Of a stretch of 64,000 nucleotides of DNA, positions 24,043 through 36,845 are shown piece by piece. The translations under genes and the position numbers were made by a program. Every line of letters starts with the position of its first letter. The stretch's first letter is position 1. Source of the stretch: Lingula anatina. Lineage: Eukaryota > Animalia > Brachiopoda. Location: assembly GCA_051362555.1 (NCBI GenBank), contig CM120646.1:6138001-6202000 (forward strand), given 5' to 3'. The notes under the pieces are model-generated. The model saw only the letters and a program-made list of their open reading frames with translations. It did not search any database and had not been told where the DNA came from.

Positions 24043-26736
24043 CATTGGTAACTGGCAGAGGTGTGTTGATAATATATGGGTGAGGTTCTTTTTGACCTCT
24101 CAAACTCAGGGTAAATATTTTGTACTGGGGATTCTCTTTTGAAAATATACATACTTGGATCTGTAACTTCATCATCTTTCATAAATTCCTCCACATAAGG
24201 CATTAATTGGACACTCGTGCCTAGTTTTTCATGTTCTCTAGATAAAATTGCTGGAACAGCTGAAAACAAAAATAAATACGTAAATAAAAATGTGCAAAGA
24301 TTTAAGGCTAAATTGTATATGTAATTGCAAATAGAGCAATCCAAAATTCACAATTTTCAACTATGTTTTGTTATAAAAAGAAAAATTTTATTACAGGGTT
24401 ACTTTATTTTCAGAATGTGCTAAAAACAAATTAAAGGCTTTTCTTGACTTCAACTGCATGCACGTACATTACTTTCCCCCCACAAAAATAAATAAAAAAA
24501 ATAAATAAAAATCCTCTTCATGTATTGTTTTAATGGCTGATTCTTATTTTTGTACCAATTTGTCCTTTCTGCTGGTCTATTGTCTGAAAAAGTCTACTAG
24601 ATTTATTTCAATTAAAAAAACTACGGCAGTTTTAATCTTACATGTAGAATAACTTATGACAGTCACACCTATCATTCCTAAGCTTTTTACAGTGTATCCA
24701 CTCCATAAATACAAGTTCATGTAAATATGCAGGCTAAAATAGGTTAGTATTGAATGTACATTTATTTGCAGTACTATTTATCTTTCCGTTTTATACATGA
24801 ACTATATAGATAAAATTTTAGGGTGGTTGCTTTGATACATGTATCTGGTTGACCTGATTTCTTATATGTATCAGTACCAGACAAGTGTAACTTGTTTATT
24901 GTGACACAAGGTAGATTATTTTGTAGGGCAAATTATGTGCTGAATATTAAAATATATATAATTCATGAAGCTCAGTTTGAAAAGTAAAGAAAATATCTCA
25001 ATAAAAATATCCTAATATACTTATAATAATTATCCCTGAAAATACCCTCAAGTAAACTTCACATTTTAATCTAAATGGATGTGACAACCTCCCAAACCTT
25101 CCCAACCTCCCAGTATCAATTTGAGTTTAATGAATAGTCATCAATTCGTTTCTGGTTAAATAATTAATAAACCACAGTCTTTTAATTTCAGTTATATATT
25201 TCTCACACCTCTCTTTTTTCTCTTCTTTATAAATTATATGCAAAATTTGGTTTTGGATATCTTCTTCAGATTTTAATTAGCCTGTTAAATAATTTACATT
25301 AATAATATATTACTAAATAACTATAAATAAACATATCCTACTGACATATACTGTGTTCTGCACTGTTTTTACTTGCTTATCAGTTATCTGTCTTCTTGGA
25401 GAATGAAGGAAAAAAAGGGCACCTCAGATGTTCGGGGGGGGGGGGATCCATTGGTCTGCTTTTGTACTTTAAGATATTTTTACATTGTAACACATAATCA
25501 TACTTTACCTGATGGATCCTCAAATTCCACCACAGCTCTTTTCTTTTCATTTTCAAAAGTGCATTTCTTCACCTCCCAACCTCCAGCAGCCTTGCTCTCA
25601 AAGTAAAGTTCCAGGTAGTCAGCTGACACCCCATCCTTCGGAAGGTCTTTGATGATGATTTTATCACAGCAGGACATGAGACTTAATTCAAGAATGTGCC
25701 CCTCGAGTGCCTTGTTTTTGGCCTTGACAACAGCTTTGGAAAATTCTACAGCAAAGTAATATATTGGTATTCAATCAGAATTTGATTGTGATCAATTTAA
25801 TTAAAAGTTAAAATAAGTATCATTTTTATTCACCTTTATAAGCAGAAAGTAATTTAGGTAAATCACTGTGCTTGAGAACTAATGTCCTTTATTTTTCAAA
25901 AGAGGCCAGCTGTATATAAATATTCTTATTCTGTGTCTTCCATAATATATTTTTTCAATTGATTTATTTACTCTTTTACCAAAGGTTCACTTAATAGTAA
26001 AATCATACTGTACCTTTAATCTTGTCTTCAAACAGAGCCACAGCTATGGTTCTGCATTGCCCATAAAAGACTTTCTTCACATCCTCTCCTGTTACATTTT
26101 CTAGATACAGCAGCAAACTATCATCAGAAGAATGTGGGGATATGTTCTGAAAAAGATAAATAAATAAAAATAACTACCAGTATTTAAATAAAGGCTAATA
26201 ATGCCCATTATGAGTACATCCAAATTACATACCAAAACACCTCACTCTTCCTGATTATCTTAACATTTATTGGAGTTTAAAATAGTCTGACAAAATACAG
26301 GGATCTCTGTAAACTACCCCCCTCCACATTTGTTCCATCAATACTGCTAATATATGTAGTAAATACAAACATAAATTCATGATATAAAACAATGTTATGC
26401 ATTAATTTATGTAATTTGAGCTTTTTTGGTTTCACATCAGAAAAACAAATAAATAAATAAATAAATAAATAAATTAATAAATTAATAAATTAATTAATAA
26501 ATAAATTAATTAATTAATTAAATCTCTCATCATGCATAATACAACATTCATTTCTTTGTGTGATCAGATAAAATATTTTGCTTATGCTTGATTACATGTC
26601 AACACAACTTTTTTATCAGGACTCAGGATATCTTTGTAAATATAAAATCAGAATTTTATTGGTAATCTAGCAACAGATTAACAGTGAACCCAGTGTGTAC
26701 CTTGACCAGGACTAGTTCACTTCCTGGTTGTTCCAT
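15578..26736 (-). CDS. Macrodomain-containing mono-ADP-ribosyltransferase, PARP14/PARP9/PARP15-like (5' part; 3' exons probably lie left of the window, beyond the transposon)
   Basis: Approximate coding exons: 26736-26701, ~26146-26013, 25745-25509, 24259-~24153, ~23310-23208, ~21947-21442, 21086-20933, 20415-20233, 20074-19912, 19721-19564, 19043-~18818, 18562-18375, ~17973-17878, ~17409-17280, ~16656-16477, 15716-15578. N-terminal RRM-like segments (DSLLLYLENVTG; DYLELYFESKAAGG..V......RAVVEFED), KH-like middle, then a macrodomain (ITLVQADITK, VLVN, GLAKIFLNAAGEEL, CKEVYHMV, SISFPSVGCGGLHFP...VAKTM). No catalytic PARP domain is visible in the window, and some internal junctions (notably ~18818/18562) are uncertain. 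Confidence 0.82.
17045..17174. mobile_element. 130-bp MITE with CCC termini and TA flanks in a PARP-like intron
   Basis: TA-CCCTCTACCAGGGTGACAGAT ... ATCTGCCACCCTGGTGGAGGG-TA (19/21 TIR match). Confidence 0.75.
20625..20860. repeat. Degenerate ~19-20-bp minisatellite (AACACAATGTGTCACACCT-like)
   Basis: Recurring ACACAAT/TGTCAC motifs about every 19-20 bp in a PARP-like intron. Confidence 0.6.
22952..23177 (+). mobile_element. PIF/Harbinger (Tourist-like) MITE, family copy 1
   Basis: TTA flanks. TIR-like CCCA.AGATTTAGATC / GATCGATCTAAAA.TCT.TGG. Internal TTAATTACCCCCTT...GCTTTTAGTAGGCG shared with three other copies. Confidence 0.85.
23969..24041. repeat. (TAA)n directly followed by (TTA)n microsatellite (self-complementary)
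   Basis: Read directly from the sequence. Confidence 0.9.
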
Positions 26737-27504
26737 TTTGATTACGTGCAATAAACTCTACATGTACGTCTGTCCTGTGGTTCTACACCTGTAGTAGATT
26801 GATCTAAAATACAGATGTAAAATTATTAAGTTAAAATGAGCACAAACTGAGAGCCTAAAAGTCATTTGTAAGAAGGTTCCATCCTAAGTAATGAATCATT
26901 GGTCTATGTGTAACTGCCTTTTATGTTTGTTCACCATAAATCTTTATGTTCATTGGATTGGATTTTACCAAAGGGCGATTTTTTTTCTGATATTGTTCAG
27001 GTTTTTTTTTTATTATGAACTAAACTTCTGTCCTCTGTTAGCAAAGTAATTCTATGTATATTGTACTAGAAGATGTACGTCTTACTATTGGGACGAGTAC
27101 TAGCTAGTCTACTGTGGTACATGAAGCACATGACATGGGCGCTACATTGTATATAGGGTTCAAAATATCCCACAAGTTAAAAACTATATGTATATTAAAT
27201 ATTGCCACTGACATTTGTGTAGCAGGCACTGTGTTATAAAAACAGCGAGGAAACAGACCGATCCATTTTTCATGTCAAAATATAGCCTGAAGATTCATCT
27301 ATACTATCTTCATAAGCGGGCGTACAGGTATTATGAATCGTCGCCCACATTAAATAAATTCAGAAATTAAACATTGGAGTTAAATAACAGAAAACAATTA
27401 ACGCCTCACCTTTCTCCACACCTTGAGCTCTACATCTGTATCATAGTAATTGTAGCGGGACACCTTGGTAAGGGTATTTTGGGTGTCACATCTACAGCAA
27501 AATT

Positions 27505-27580
27505 ACCCATGTTTTACTTTCGTTTTTAATCTGCTCCGTGCCCCGGAAATCCCCACTTTATTTACCACTATACCGGAACA
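27505..27580 (-). promoter_or_regulatory. Putative promoter of the PARP14-like gene with IRF-element-like and NF-kB-like sites
   Basis: Minus strand GGGGATTTCC (27554-27545; fits GGGRNWYYCC) and AAAAACGAAAGTAAAAC (27527-27511; IRF-E/ISRE-like). CCGGAA ETS cores at ~27543 and ~27573. Lies just upstream of a 5'-UTR exon with donor AAG|GTGAG at ~27410. Confidence 0.55.
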
Positions 27581-27979
27581 CGCAGTTTCTTCTCCGTCGC
27601 AATGCTTCTCTGTCGCAATGCGTGCATTTGGTAAAATAGCATTTACAGCTACCCGAATATATGTGTAGGTCATTGTTGGTAATTTTTATCAATCATGCGT
27701 TACCTTCTTGGTTATACATTCTTAATATGTATTTACCGGAGGACGGGGGCTGGGGAAGGGGCACTTTTATTTATCTATTTATTTGTGTCGTTTTATTTTT
27801 TCATGATGTACTCGTTAATCTGAATGAACAGCCTTATGAAGTTGGTATTTCTGGTCCCCTCTTGAAATCAAAATTTTGACTAACTGAATCACAGTTTTAA
27901 ACCGTACCGAATAGCACCGTTCGCCAAATTGGGGGTGGGGGGGAAAGGGGAGGGGGGTTGGCTTCGCATCCGCGGACCC

Positions 27980-28021
<42 letters not shown>

Positions 28022-28275
28022 TTCAAATAATCCTGGATCCGCCCTGCATGGCATAGGTATAACATCTCTATCAGTGTACATGTAGGCCTACTGACCTATA
28101 TACCGGGACTTTGTGCAGAGCAAGATTTGCTGGTAGTATCGATTTTTTACTCTGATTTTTCTGTATACTATTGTTAATTTCTTGTTTAAATAATATTAAT
28201 AATAATCAACATTTGGAATTATAACAATAGATTATAATGTCACAATGATAATGCAGAGAGCTAAGGAAGGGCATG

Positions 28276-28315
<40 letters not shown>

Positions 28316-29618
28316 TAAGTTACCTTGACCAAAGTTTAAGGCAACAAAAGAAAAATGTGAAATAACAAATTTCTCAAAAATAAATGGAAGAGCTTTGATA
28401 CGATAACAAACATTTTATTTCACATATTTTATAAAAAAAACCCTAATTAACAGTAATCAGAACCTCTTATTTCATAAATTATTTTAAAACTAATTAAAAT
28501 ATTCACAAAATATTTATATATCAATATATCAATATAACAATAAGTTTTAATTATTGAAAAAGGTGACAACCTACATATATGTACATACATATAACACAGG
28601 CAAGACTGAAATCCGGGTAGAATTTGGCCTGGATTGAAATAACAGATTGCTTTGGTGACATTTTAATCTTACCTTTGCAGTTATAAAATATTCCTAGAAT
28701 TTCAGTTTTGCCAGATGCATACTTTATCCAAAGTCAGAAATCACAGTAAACGCATAGTAAAAGAGGCAAAAAATTTTATCTTTCCAATAAATCCTCATTT
28801 CTGATAGCAATCATAATAAACAAGATTTTTTTCAAGACCTGCAGTATTTCATTTTCCACTCAGTTTATAAGACTTAGTACTCACCTTTATTAATTAATTA
28901 AAACTTGACTTACCAAAGAAGAGGGTTATTCTCTATGCAGATAACATAGTATTTGATATTGAGACAAACTACTACATTAAATATTTGATGATAAAGTTAT
29001 TTAAAAATGATCATGTTTATTATTTTGTCACACTTGATGAAGGCACAATTTTTGGAAGTAGCTAACATCATCCCTGTTGTCTCAAGCCTCTAATTTCAGC
29101 TTCACGTATAGACAGCATCCCATTAATTATGAGGTTATGCTGCCTCTGGCATATGACCCAGACGTGACAGGAATGGAAGTCCGCTAGCTATTACGTTCCG
29201 ATTACTTTCAACAGGTGACATCCTCTCCCCATATATTGTCTAATATTGTCATATTGTTAATATAAGTTAATATAAGTGAGATCGCAGGTCCTGGTGCTTT
29301 GATAGATATTTTATCCTTTATTATATTATATTATCTACCTTTTTAATGTAAGCATAACAGAGTAGTGTTAGAAGTAGCTTAGACAGCAAATAATATTAAA
29401 ATGTAACATTATAAAGGCTGAATAAATTATTATTACTATTATTATCATCATCATCATTATTAGTATATACCTTGGTAGCCAACTAACCCCAATACTCCTA
29501 CCAGGTGGCAAAAGCCATTGCAAGTAACACCTCCTGGCAGCATAATGATGACAGGATCCTACAAGGTAACACTTCTGTAACCATATTAAACAAGTGAAAG
29601 TTACAGTGTAGTTATAGG

Positions 29619-30998
29619 ATGTCAAAACACAAGTGTAGACCACAAGTGAAACGCGCATTTTTCATCTTTTGTACATGTATAATTGTTGTAGGCCTATCGG
29701 TCTTTTGGTACGGCAATCTTCTAACACCTTTCACCACTTTCGCAGAATTTGGAGAACCACCTGTATTAGCAGAAGATGAGGCCTGGACGAAAAGTGGCCG
29801 AGCCGAACTTGAACAGTTACTGTATTTTTGGTACAACTGCAGTCGAGCGTATCCCCCGAAGAAAACGGCTTTCATCGGCAACCGTAGCCACACAGTACAA
29901 TTCATTACAAATAAAAGGGAAAGACTGTACGTTAGGATTCAAGAATATTTCTTAAAGGAATCGAAGCCGGAAGGGAAAAATTATTTTTACCCGTCAGGCG
30001 GAGGTAGCAGTTTTAGGGTCGAACTCCTTGGGCATACGGAGGCCCACATTTGTTCGGTTAGGGATCACTTCAATGGTACGTACACGGGAACGTGTCCTAA
30101 GATATACAGCTGTGTAAATGGGACAGTTTTTCTGGATTACGTTAACTTTGATGCGTTCAGGCATCACGACGGAGGTCTGTGGCCAGGAAGAATTCATAAA
30201 CATTTAATTACGGAACACATTTGTCCAGAGCGTGGGATACCTATAACACCAAAGAACGGAACGACGGATCTTCGTTGTCTCAATAAATCAACTCGCGATT
30301 ACGTGAAAGGTCGATGGTGGAAATTTAAAGATGATTGGAACTGGGGAACAGACGATGGCTGTATTCTGCCATTTATGTCCGGTGATAAACTAAAACACTG
30401 CTATCAGAGTAAACGCAGTATTCGGGTGTTAGGTGACTCACATGTTCAAAATATGGCGACTTATTGGAGGCAAGAACTGCGCAGCGCTGGATCAAAATTA
30501 AACTCTACGTCTTTCACAGTTGTCTCTGCTGTGTACCCGCCGATGACAAAAAAGTTATTGAGCATCATGCTTTCCAATGTTACCACTCCGTTGACCGCTA
30601 GTGACATAGTATTATTCAATTTTGGCATTTGGGATGTCGTAATTCAACGAGCGGACAAGTTGATTGAAGAAAAGTTCCCGCCTTTTCTCGAATTTATTAA
30701 AGGCGTTCGGACCAATCCTCTTACGTCCTCATTAAGAATAATATACATCAACACCTCCCCAAAGCGTTCGGGCCAACAGGATTCTAACTATTTCATGATT
30801 CCGGCCGTGAACGAATTTATTCAAAGCAAACTCAAAGAGACAGGAATTGAAATAATCGATGGATTTAACTTCAAAAATGTCATGATAAATACAACTTGTG
30901 ACAGCGGACACTTTCTTTGCACGTCGTCTAATGCCCCGGCCCGAGGAAAAACGGGTATGATTTTTGCACAGCTTGTTTTTCGTTTGCTGTGCAATTAA
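29619..30998 (+). CDS. NXPE (neurexophilin/PC-esterase) family type II membrane SGNH-like acyltransferase/esterase, 459 aa, single coding exon
   Basis: N-terminal signal anchor. Ig-like GGSSFRV...DHFNGTY motif, then GDS (VLGDSH), FNFGIWD and DxxH (DSGH) catalytic-type motifs. Confidence 0.85.
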   Translation: MSKHKCRPQVKRAFFIFCTCIIVVGLSVFWYGNLLTPFTTFAEFGEPPVLAEDEAWTKSGRAELEQLLYFWYNCSRAYPPKKTAFIGNRSHTVQFITNKRERLYVRIQEYFLKESKPEGKNYFYPSGGGSSFRVELLGHTEAHICSVRDHFNGTYTGTCPKIYSCVNGTVFLDYVNFDAFRHHDGGLWPGRIHKHLITEHICPERGIPITPKNGTTDLRCLNKSTRDYVKGRWWKFKDDWNWGTDDGCILPFMSGDKLKHCYQSKRSIRVLGDSHVQNMATYWRQELRSAGSKLNSTSFTVVSAVYPPMTKKLLSIMLSNVTTPLTASDIVLFNFGIWDVVIQRADKLIEEKFPPFLEFIKGVRTNPLTSSLRIIYINTSPKRSGQQDSNYFMIPAVNEFIQSKLKETGIEIIDGFNFKNVMINTTCDSGHFLCTSSNAPARGKTGMIFAQLVFRLLCN

Positions 30999-31531
30999 TA
31001 CACCGTTTACATAGTGTGTAGCGTCTGGGCGGAAGCTGCCCCAATATATGGTAGATTTATAGACAAATAATTGAATTCAGGCTCGGGAGGGACCAATAAT
31101 TTAGTGTAAATAACCTGGACGTGTAAAAATTGTATTATTTAAGGTGTGAGTCACATCAGACTGTAAAAGAGGCATCAAAATATTGCCATTATTTAATAAA
31201 ACCGGGGGTTTATTATGCAGACAAAGTACAAACTCATTTGTTCCTTTTGTACCTCAGGTTGGATAAAAGATGAAAAACAGAAGTTTGTTTAGGAATTATG
31301 AACTTATGATTTTCCTAACTGCGTCTGTCCTGTTACAAAGAACCAAGAATGAATCTGTATCTGTGCCTTATGCTTGCACTGTTTTAAGTCGCAGATGCTC
31401 TCCAGAAAATTAATTTAACAACTATTTTGTAAACCAAATGCAGAAATTATTTCGTTATATATTCGATTTCATGTAACCCTGATCATTAACCGGATTAATT
31501 TACCTTGAACCTCGTGTTGACAATAATCCTA

Positions 31532-31745
31532 GAGTGCATTCCCATAGATTTAGATCGATCCATCTAGATCGACCTGACTGACTGGGGGTTCACGCTTAAG
31601 AATTGTCAGCCGAGCGCGCACGGTAGTTAATTACCCCCTTAAGCTTTTAGTAGGCGTGACAGACATGTAAGCCGGCTAAGCTAACCGTAATCTAGTGAGA
31701 CTCCCCACAGGGATAGATCGATCTAAAATCTGTGGGAATGGGGTC
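31532..31745 (+). mobile_element. PIF/Harbinger (Tourist-like) MITE, family copy 2
   Basis: GAGTGCATTCCCATAGATTTAGATCGATC ... GATCGATCTAAAATCTGTGGGAATGGGGTC. Flanks CTA/TAA. Similar along its length to the other copies. Confidence 0.85.
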
Positions 31746-32138
31746 TAAGAGTATGAAAGATTTTCGGCTTGTGTAAGATAATTTTTCATTTATGATCCAA
31801 CTACCAAGCTTAGGCTATTAACAATTTTGCTCAAGAAAAAAAGAGAGGTAGGAAAGGATTTGTCCAGGTTGCCAAGGTAGAACAGTAACAAATGCACTTT
31901 CTTGTCGTGTGTCCGTTGCACAATAACCTTTGAATTAAATGGCTATAAAAATGTTTCAAAAAGATTGGAGCTTTTTTGTGGACATAGGCCCTACAGTAGA
32001 GTTATGTATTAGGCCTATTTATAGCCTACTTTACTTTGATAAAATGTTTCATGCCCACACATATGTCTTAATTATAATGCAAAATAATGTCAGGTGCAAT
32101 TTAAGATATGAAGTCAGTTTCCTCTAGTTCACACATTT

Positions 32139-33473
32139 TCAATTTTTAGCTCCACTCCACTTTGGGCGCCATGACGGTCCATTGGGCTCGTCGTTAGAGA
32201 AATCATAGCCCAAATCGCCTGCCAGACGTCTCACTTCGTCCGTTTTTGCCACTGTCGGCAAGTCGGTGATGACACGAATTCCAGAATAATCCAATTCGTC
32301 GAAAACTTTTATTTTCTGTGATGGCCAATGTCCTGTCATTTTCTGTTCATTAAAGGCCCGTTTTTTATCTGCGATGTCTGTATTTGAAGCCCATATGGCT
32401 GGCGTCATGCAGACGAACACAACGTAGCGCCATCTATCGTGATGTTTACGACCTCGCTTTGGCCTTGCATTGGCGTGGACGGTACGAGAGTCCCATAATA
32501 TCATGCCTCCTTTAGGAACCGGTTTTCGTATTAACTCGCAACCCTTCTTCTTGTACCAATCCACTTGCGCGTCGGTCAAATCATGATAAGTCAGATGGTT
32601 GCTTCCTTCAACAGCCTCGGGAAACGTTTGGTAAAATTCTTCATGGAATACATGCGAGCCCGGCATGACCAAAAAGGGCCAATCGTCTTCGGCTATGTCT
32701 TCCAATGTCACAGAACCTTGGTAGGCATGTAGCCCGCGGCGCTCAGCGGACTGGTCGATGTGAAGCCAGTGAAAACTGGGGTCGTAGAACTCGGTGTAGC
32801 CTAGCTCAGGCGGTTCGCAAACAGACACCTGGCATGAATTTAATAAATTTTCATTAAAATAGTTATAAAAATTGGAGGGTGATTTAACAATAAAAGGAAT
32901 GCAAAAACTAGAAGCACGGTAGGCCTACATGTTTACACCAAGTTTAAAGGTGTAAAAACAATTAACTTTCCATTAAACTTTACAGATTTACAAACTTTCA
33001 GCTTTTTAAAGCACTATTACAGCTAGTCATGTTTGAACTACTGTAAATTAAAACGTAGCTCTTTATTTTTTTGGTTTTTACAACTTTGTAGGTATCATTA
33101 AGCCTGCAAACGCACTTCGTACTACCTGTAACTATACGCATCGAAAGTAAGTTCTACATTGACTAAATGTTTACCGTTTTTTTTAGATATTGAACATACA
33201 CTCACTGCATCAAAACTGGATAATAGCTTCCGTGTTCCCCAGACTTGCGCAAAAACATCTTTGACCTTTAACCTCACATTCCAAGAAGCTTCTAGGTGTC
33301 CAACGCGGTAATGTGCTGCCAATCCGACTTTGCTACATGGTTTCCGACCCTGGACATCCAAGTCCTTGTACCATTGGTGTAATTGACATCGAAAGATGTC
33401 GCTATCTGCAGCACTGAGAACGTTAAGCAGAACTGATACACCTTGTTCGTCCAGCTCTCGCATGACTTCACTT
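32139..33473 (-). CDS. Phytanoyl-CoA dioxygenase (PhyH)-family Fe(II)/2-oxoglutarate dioxygenase; 5' exon not defined
   Basis: Exons 33473-33206 and 32828-32139 join in frame (..SSFDA|VSVCEPPE..). Motifs: GH....W.VR..V..VF..VWGT..LL.SFD, HxD (WLHIDQ), YQG, VMPGSH, GGMILWDSRTVH, R.VVFVCM.P, T.HWP. Confidence 0.85.
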
Positions 33474-34456
33474 CTGACAGAAAAAAGAAAACATATTATA
33501 GATATAGTACATGTATCCAGCTTGTTTCTAAATTTCCTTTTCTCTCTCTTTCTCGTTCAGGAAAACTGGACACGATAAAAACAAAAACACGAAAGCACAA
33601 GCCCTTGATAATGACGTTTTAACATTAAAATCTATCCATTGTCAGCATTTTTTTATATCATTTAAAAACATTCTACACATTTTTGTCTCAACTTGTGTAA
33701 TTTCTTCTTCTTTGTTTGGAGGCGTTGTCTCATTCTGCCAAGGAGAAGCGGGGGCTTGCTTCTCCCAACAAATTCAGATAAATTAAAAGACATAGACCCA
33801 ATTTCGAGTCTACTGTGCTTCTGCTGCACCCAACAGAGCGATATTACCATTTGGCTGCTGAAATCTGCTTAGAGCTGAAATCGCTAAGGTTTTTAAAAAA
33901 ATGTCTTTAGGCGTGTTTCTCCAGCAAGCTGAAACCCCACCTTTCTAGGCACAATAAAACATGACTGGCATGAAGGTGACACTCTGTCGCAGGAAATACC
34001 TTTTGTACACAGGCCCAAAAGGTCAACACTAAATTCTTGTTTTTCTACTAATTAGATTCTTTAGAACCTTTCTAAGAGGACAACTTATCAAAACGCGAGA
34101 AACAAGTAGAGCCTATATGTACAATGTATCAGTCTTCACACAAAAAATGCAGAACCGTCGCTCGGATCTATCCGGAAGACCAGAAACCGCATAGCATTGT
34201 GGATAATATGCCACACAAGGATAACATTATGAAGACAAAAAAGAAGAGTGTTTATAAGTAAATTGTACGTAAATCGGCCAAGTTAGGTTAAGTGTAAGAA
34301 AATATTAATAGTGACATTTTAAACACTGGCTCCTAAAGAATAAAGCTTCAAACGCATACGTAACTATGCACAAACCAACTCCACGAACCATGATGATGGG
34401 GCAACATACATGTATCACTTTTGACTGTGAGGGGCCCGACTCTCAAGAAAGTCTAA

Positions 34457-34671
34457 GACCCCATTCCCACAGATTTTAGATCGATCTATCCCCGTGGGGA
34501 GTCACCCAAGATAACTGTCAGCTTAGCCGGCTTAAGCGTCTGTCCCGCCTACTAAAAGCTGTAAGGGGGTAATTAACTGTCGTGTGCGCTCGGCTGACTG
34601 CAATTTATCGTGAACCCCCAGGGAGTTAGGTCGATCCGGATGGATCGATCTAAATCTCTGGGAATGCACTC
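34457..34671 (-). mobile_element. PIF/Harbinger (Tourist-like) MITE, family copy 3 (reverse orientation)
   Basis: TAA on both sides. Reverse complement of copies 1 and 2. Confidence 0.87.
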
Positions 34672-35945
34672 TAACTCCCCCAGGATGTCAAAATACCGGT
34701 AGAGGAGACAATTTCAGTCTGGAGGGAGTTGAATGGTAGTCCCGCGCCATTTTGAAGAGTTTGGCTTTTCAAAGATCATTTGAACCTTTGAACAACACAC
34801 ATATCTAAAATTGACTCATACTGCAGTTGACTGCGTATGTATTTCATGTATTGCACGAGTTTGTGTTTTCTTTTTATCTTTGAGACGATCTTTAACCGTT
34901 ATCGTGATTGTGGTAGACCATACTAGTTAATTTGCTCTGCTATTTAATGAATCTCTTTAATCTTTTATTTGCCCCCCCCCCCCCCCCAAATGAAGAAACG
35001 ACAAAGTGAACTTAAAGAACATTTACCATCCAATTGGCCCTAATATGGTGTTTCCCCAATTCTTGATCCTACTCTGCTAAGAGGAAGTAGCACTAATCAT
35101 TTTTCGGGTGCCCAATGGTCCTTTATCAATGAGAATGAATCAAACCTTTCCTAATATCTAGCAATTTAAAATATAGAAGCTACGAGAAGTTGCCAGACTT
35201 GGAAGAGAGATTGGGGTCAGGAATAATGGTAGACCAGCGATTGCTGTGCGGCAATGAATAACCGCTTACAGATTTCACAACATGTGTTTTCCAGTTGTTT
35301 ACTCTTCTATTCTATAGAATTACAGTCTATTGCACAACAAGACGAATCCGTCAAGTTTTGCGTGTCACTTTAGTTTTGCTTTCTTAGACGTTATTTCAAG
35401 ATGTTCCAGGCGCATAAAAAATTAGGTCGACTCCACCTAATTCAGATTCTAGTTTTGCATGCTAGCACGCAGCACCAACAGCCTTGATCTAGGCTTTTTT
35501 AAAATGTTTCCATAACGTATAGTTAAAACCGACGCCGTCTAGACGCTTCCAGAGGGCGTTCCATTCGCAACGCGTCCCATTTTGCTTTAAATTGGTAAGG
35601 CGTCCAAAGGACACCGGATAAAATTAGAATTACAACACCAGCATACTTGAACATAAAGCTTCCACCTAAGTACTGCAAATTTACTATGCTGGCTATTGTG
35701 GCTAACCAAACCGCTCCGTGGGAGTTGGTAGCATTACAAAGTGCTCAATTACCTAAATGCTAATGAAGGGCAAGACAATTTCCGTTATCAATCAGAGTGG
35801 ACGATAGCACCGATTTAGTAGGTGAAAATAAAGAGATAATAGAAACCAATTTGTGGAATGCCTATATCACAAAAATAAAGATGTAATTTGTACACATTAG
35901 CGGTTTTGGTAAATGGACGAATTAAGAAGGGATATATATATATAT

Positions 35946-36845
35946 ATTGCAGTGAAAATTTTAATGAAAAAATGAGAAAATTCAAATTTGTGCACATAAT
36001 GAAAATCTGACTCCCCCATTTTTAATTTTCTTATTTGTTCATTAAAATTCTCACTGCAAACTACAAAAAATGTGCCAATGTATCAACCATTTTACATGCT
36101 ACAGGATCACAGTCATATACTCAAATTAAAATAAGATTTATGAAGTTTTGTGGCGGGGGAGTCAAATTTTCATGGGGGAGTCAGATTTTCATTATGTGCA
36201 CAAATTTGAATTTTCTCATTTTTTCATTAAAATTTTCACTGCAAACTACAAAAAATGTGCCAATGTATCAACCATTTTACATTCTACAAGATCACAGTCA
36301 TATACTAAATTATTTAGAGATTACTGAATGTTTTTTGTAGGGGAGTCAAATTTTCATAGGGGAACCACATTTTCATTATGTGCACATTTAAAATTTTTCT
36401 TTTTTTAATGAAAATTTTCACCTGCAAACTACAAAAAAGTGCCAATGTATCCTCCATTTTACATACTTCAAAATCATAGTCATTTACTCAAATAAAATGA
36501 GATTAATGAATGTTTTTTTTTTTTTTGGGGGGGGGGAGTCAAAATTTCATGGGGGGAGTCAGATTTTCATTATGTCCACATTTTTTAATTTTCTTATTTT
36601 TTCATGAAAATTTTCACCTGCAAACTACAAAAAAAGTGCCAATGTATCCTCCATTATGCATACTACAAAATCATAGTCATTTACTCAAATAAAATGAGAT
36701 TAATGAATGTTTTTTTTGGGGGGAGTCAAAATTTCATGGGGGGAGTCAGATTTTCATTATGAAAATCTGACTGGGGAGTCAGATTTTCATAATGAAAATC
36801 TGACTGGGGAGTCACATTTTAGGGGAGTCAGATTTTCATGGTACA
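35946..36845. mobile_element. Truncated second copy of the Ginger1-like element, with about 4 tandem ~180-190-bp units
   Basis: Ends GGGGAGTCAGATTTTCATGGTACA followed by CCGG (36846-36849). Units match 7070-7289. The left terminus is missing, with only a short inverted piece at ~35946-36018. Confidence 0.75.

Noticed and set aside
27410-27510. Short ORF MGNFAV... in the first exon region of the PARP-like gene
   Set aside because: It stops before the donor, and the ATG at 26736 has an upstream in-frame stop. Treated as 5' UTR/uORF.
27930-28050. Poly-C/poly-G tracts with GGATCCGCC (similar pieces at ~53680 and ~63430-63850); Gly-rich ORF
   Set aside because: Looks like remnants of a common GGCGGATCC-type dispersed repeat. 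Boundaries and TSD could not be defined and the ORF is a homopolymer artefact.
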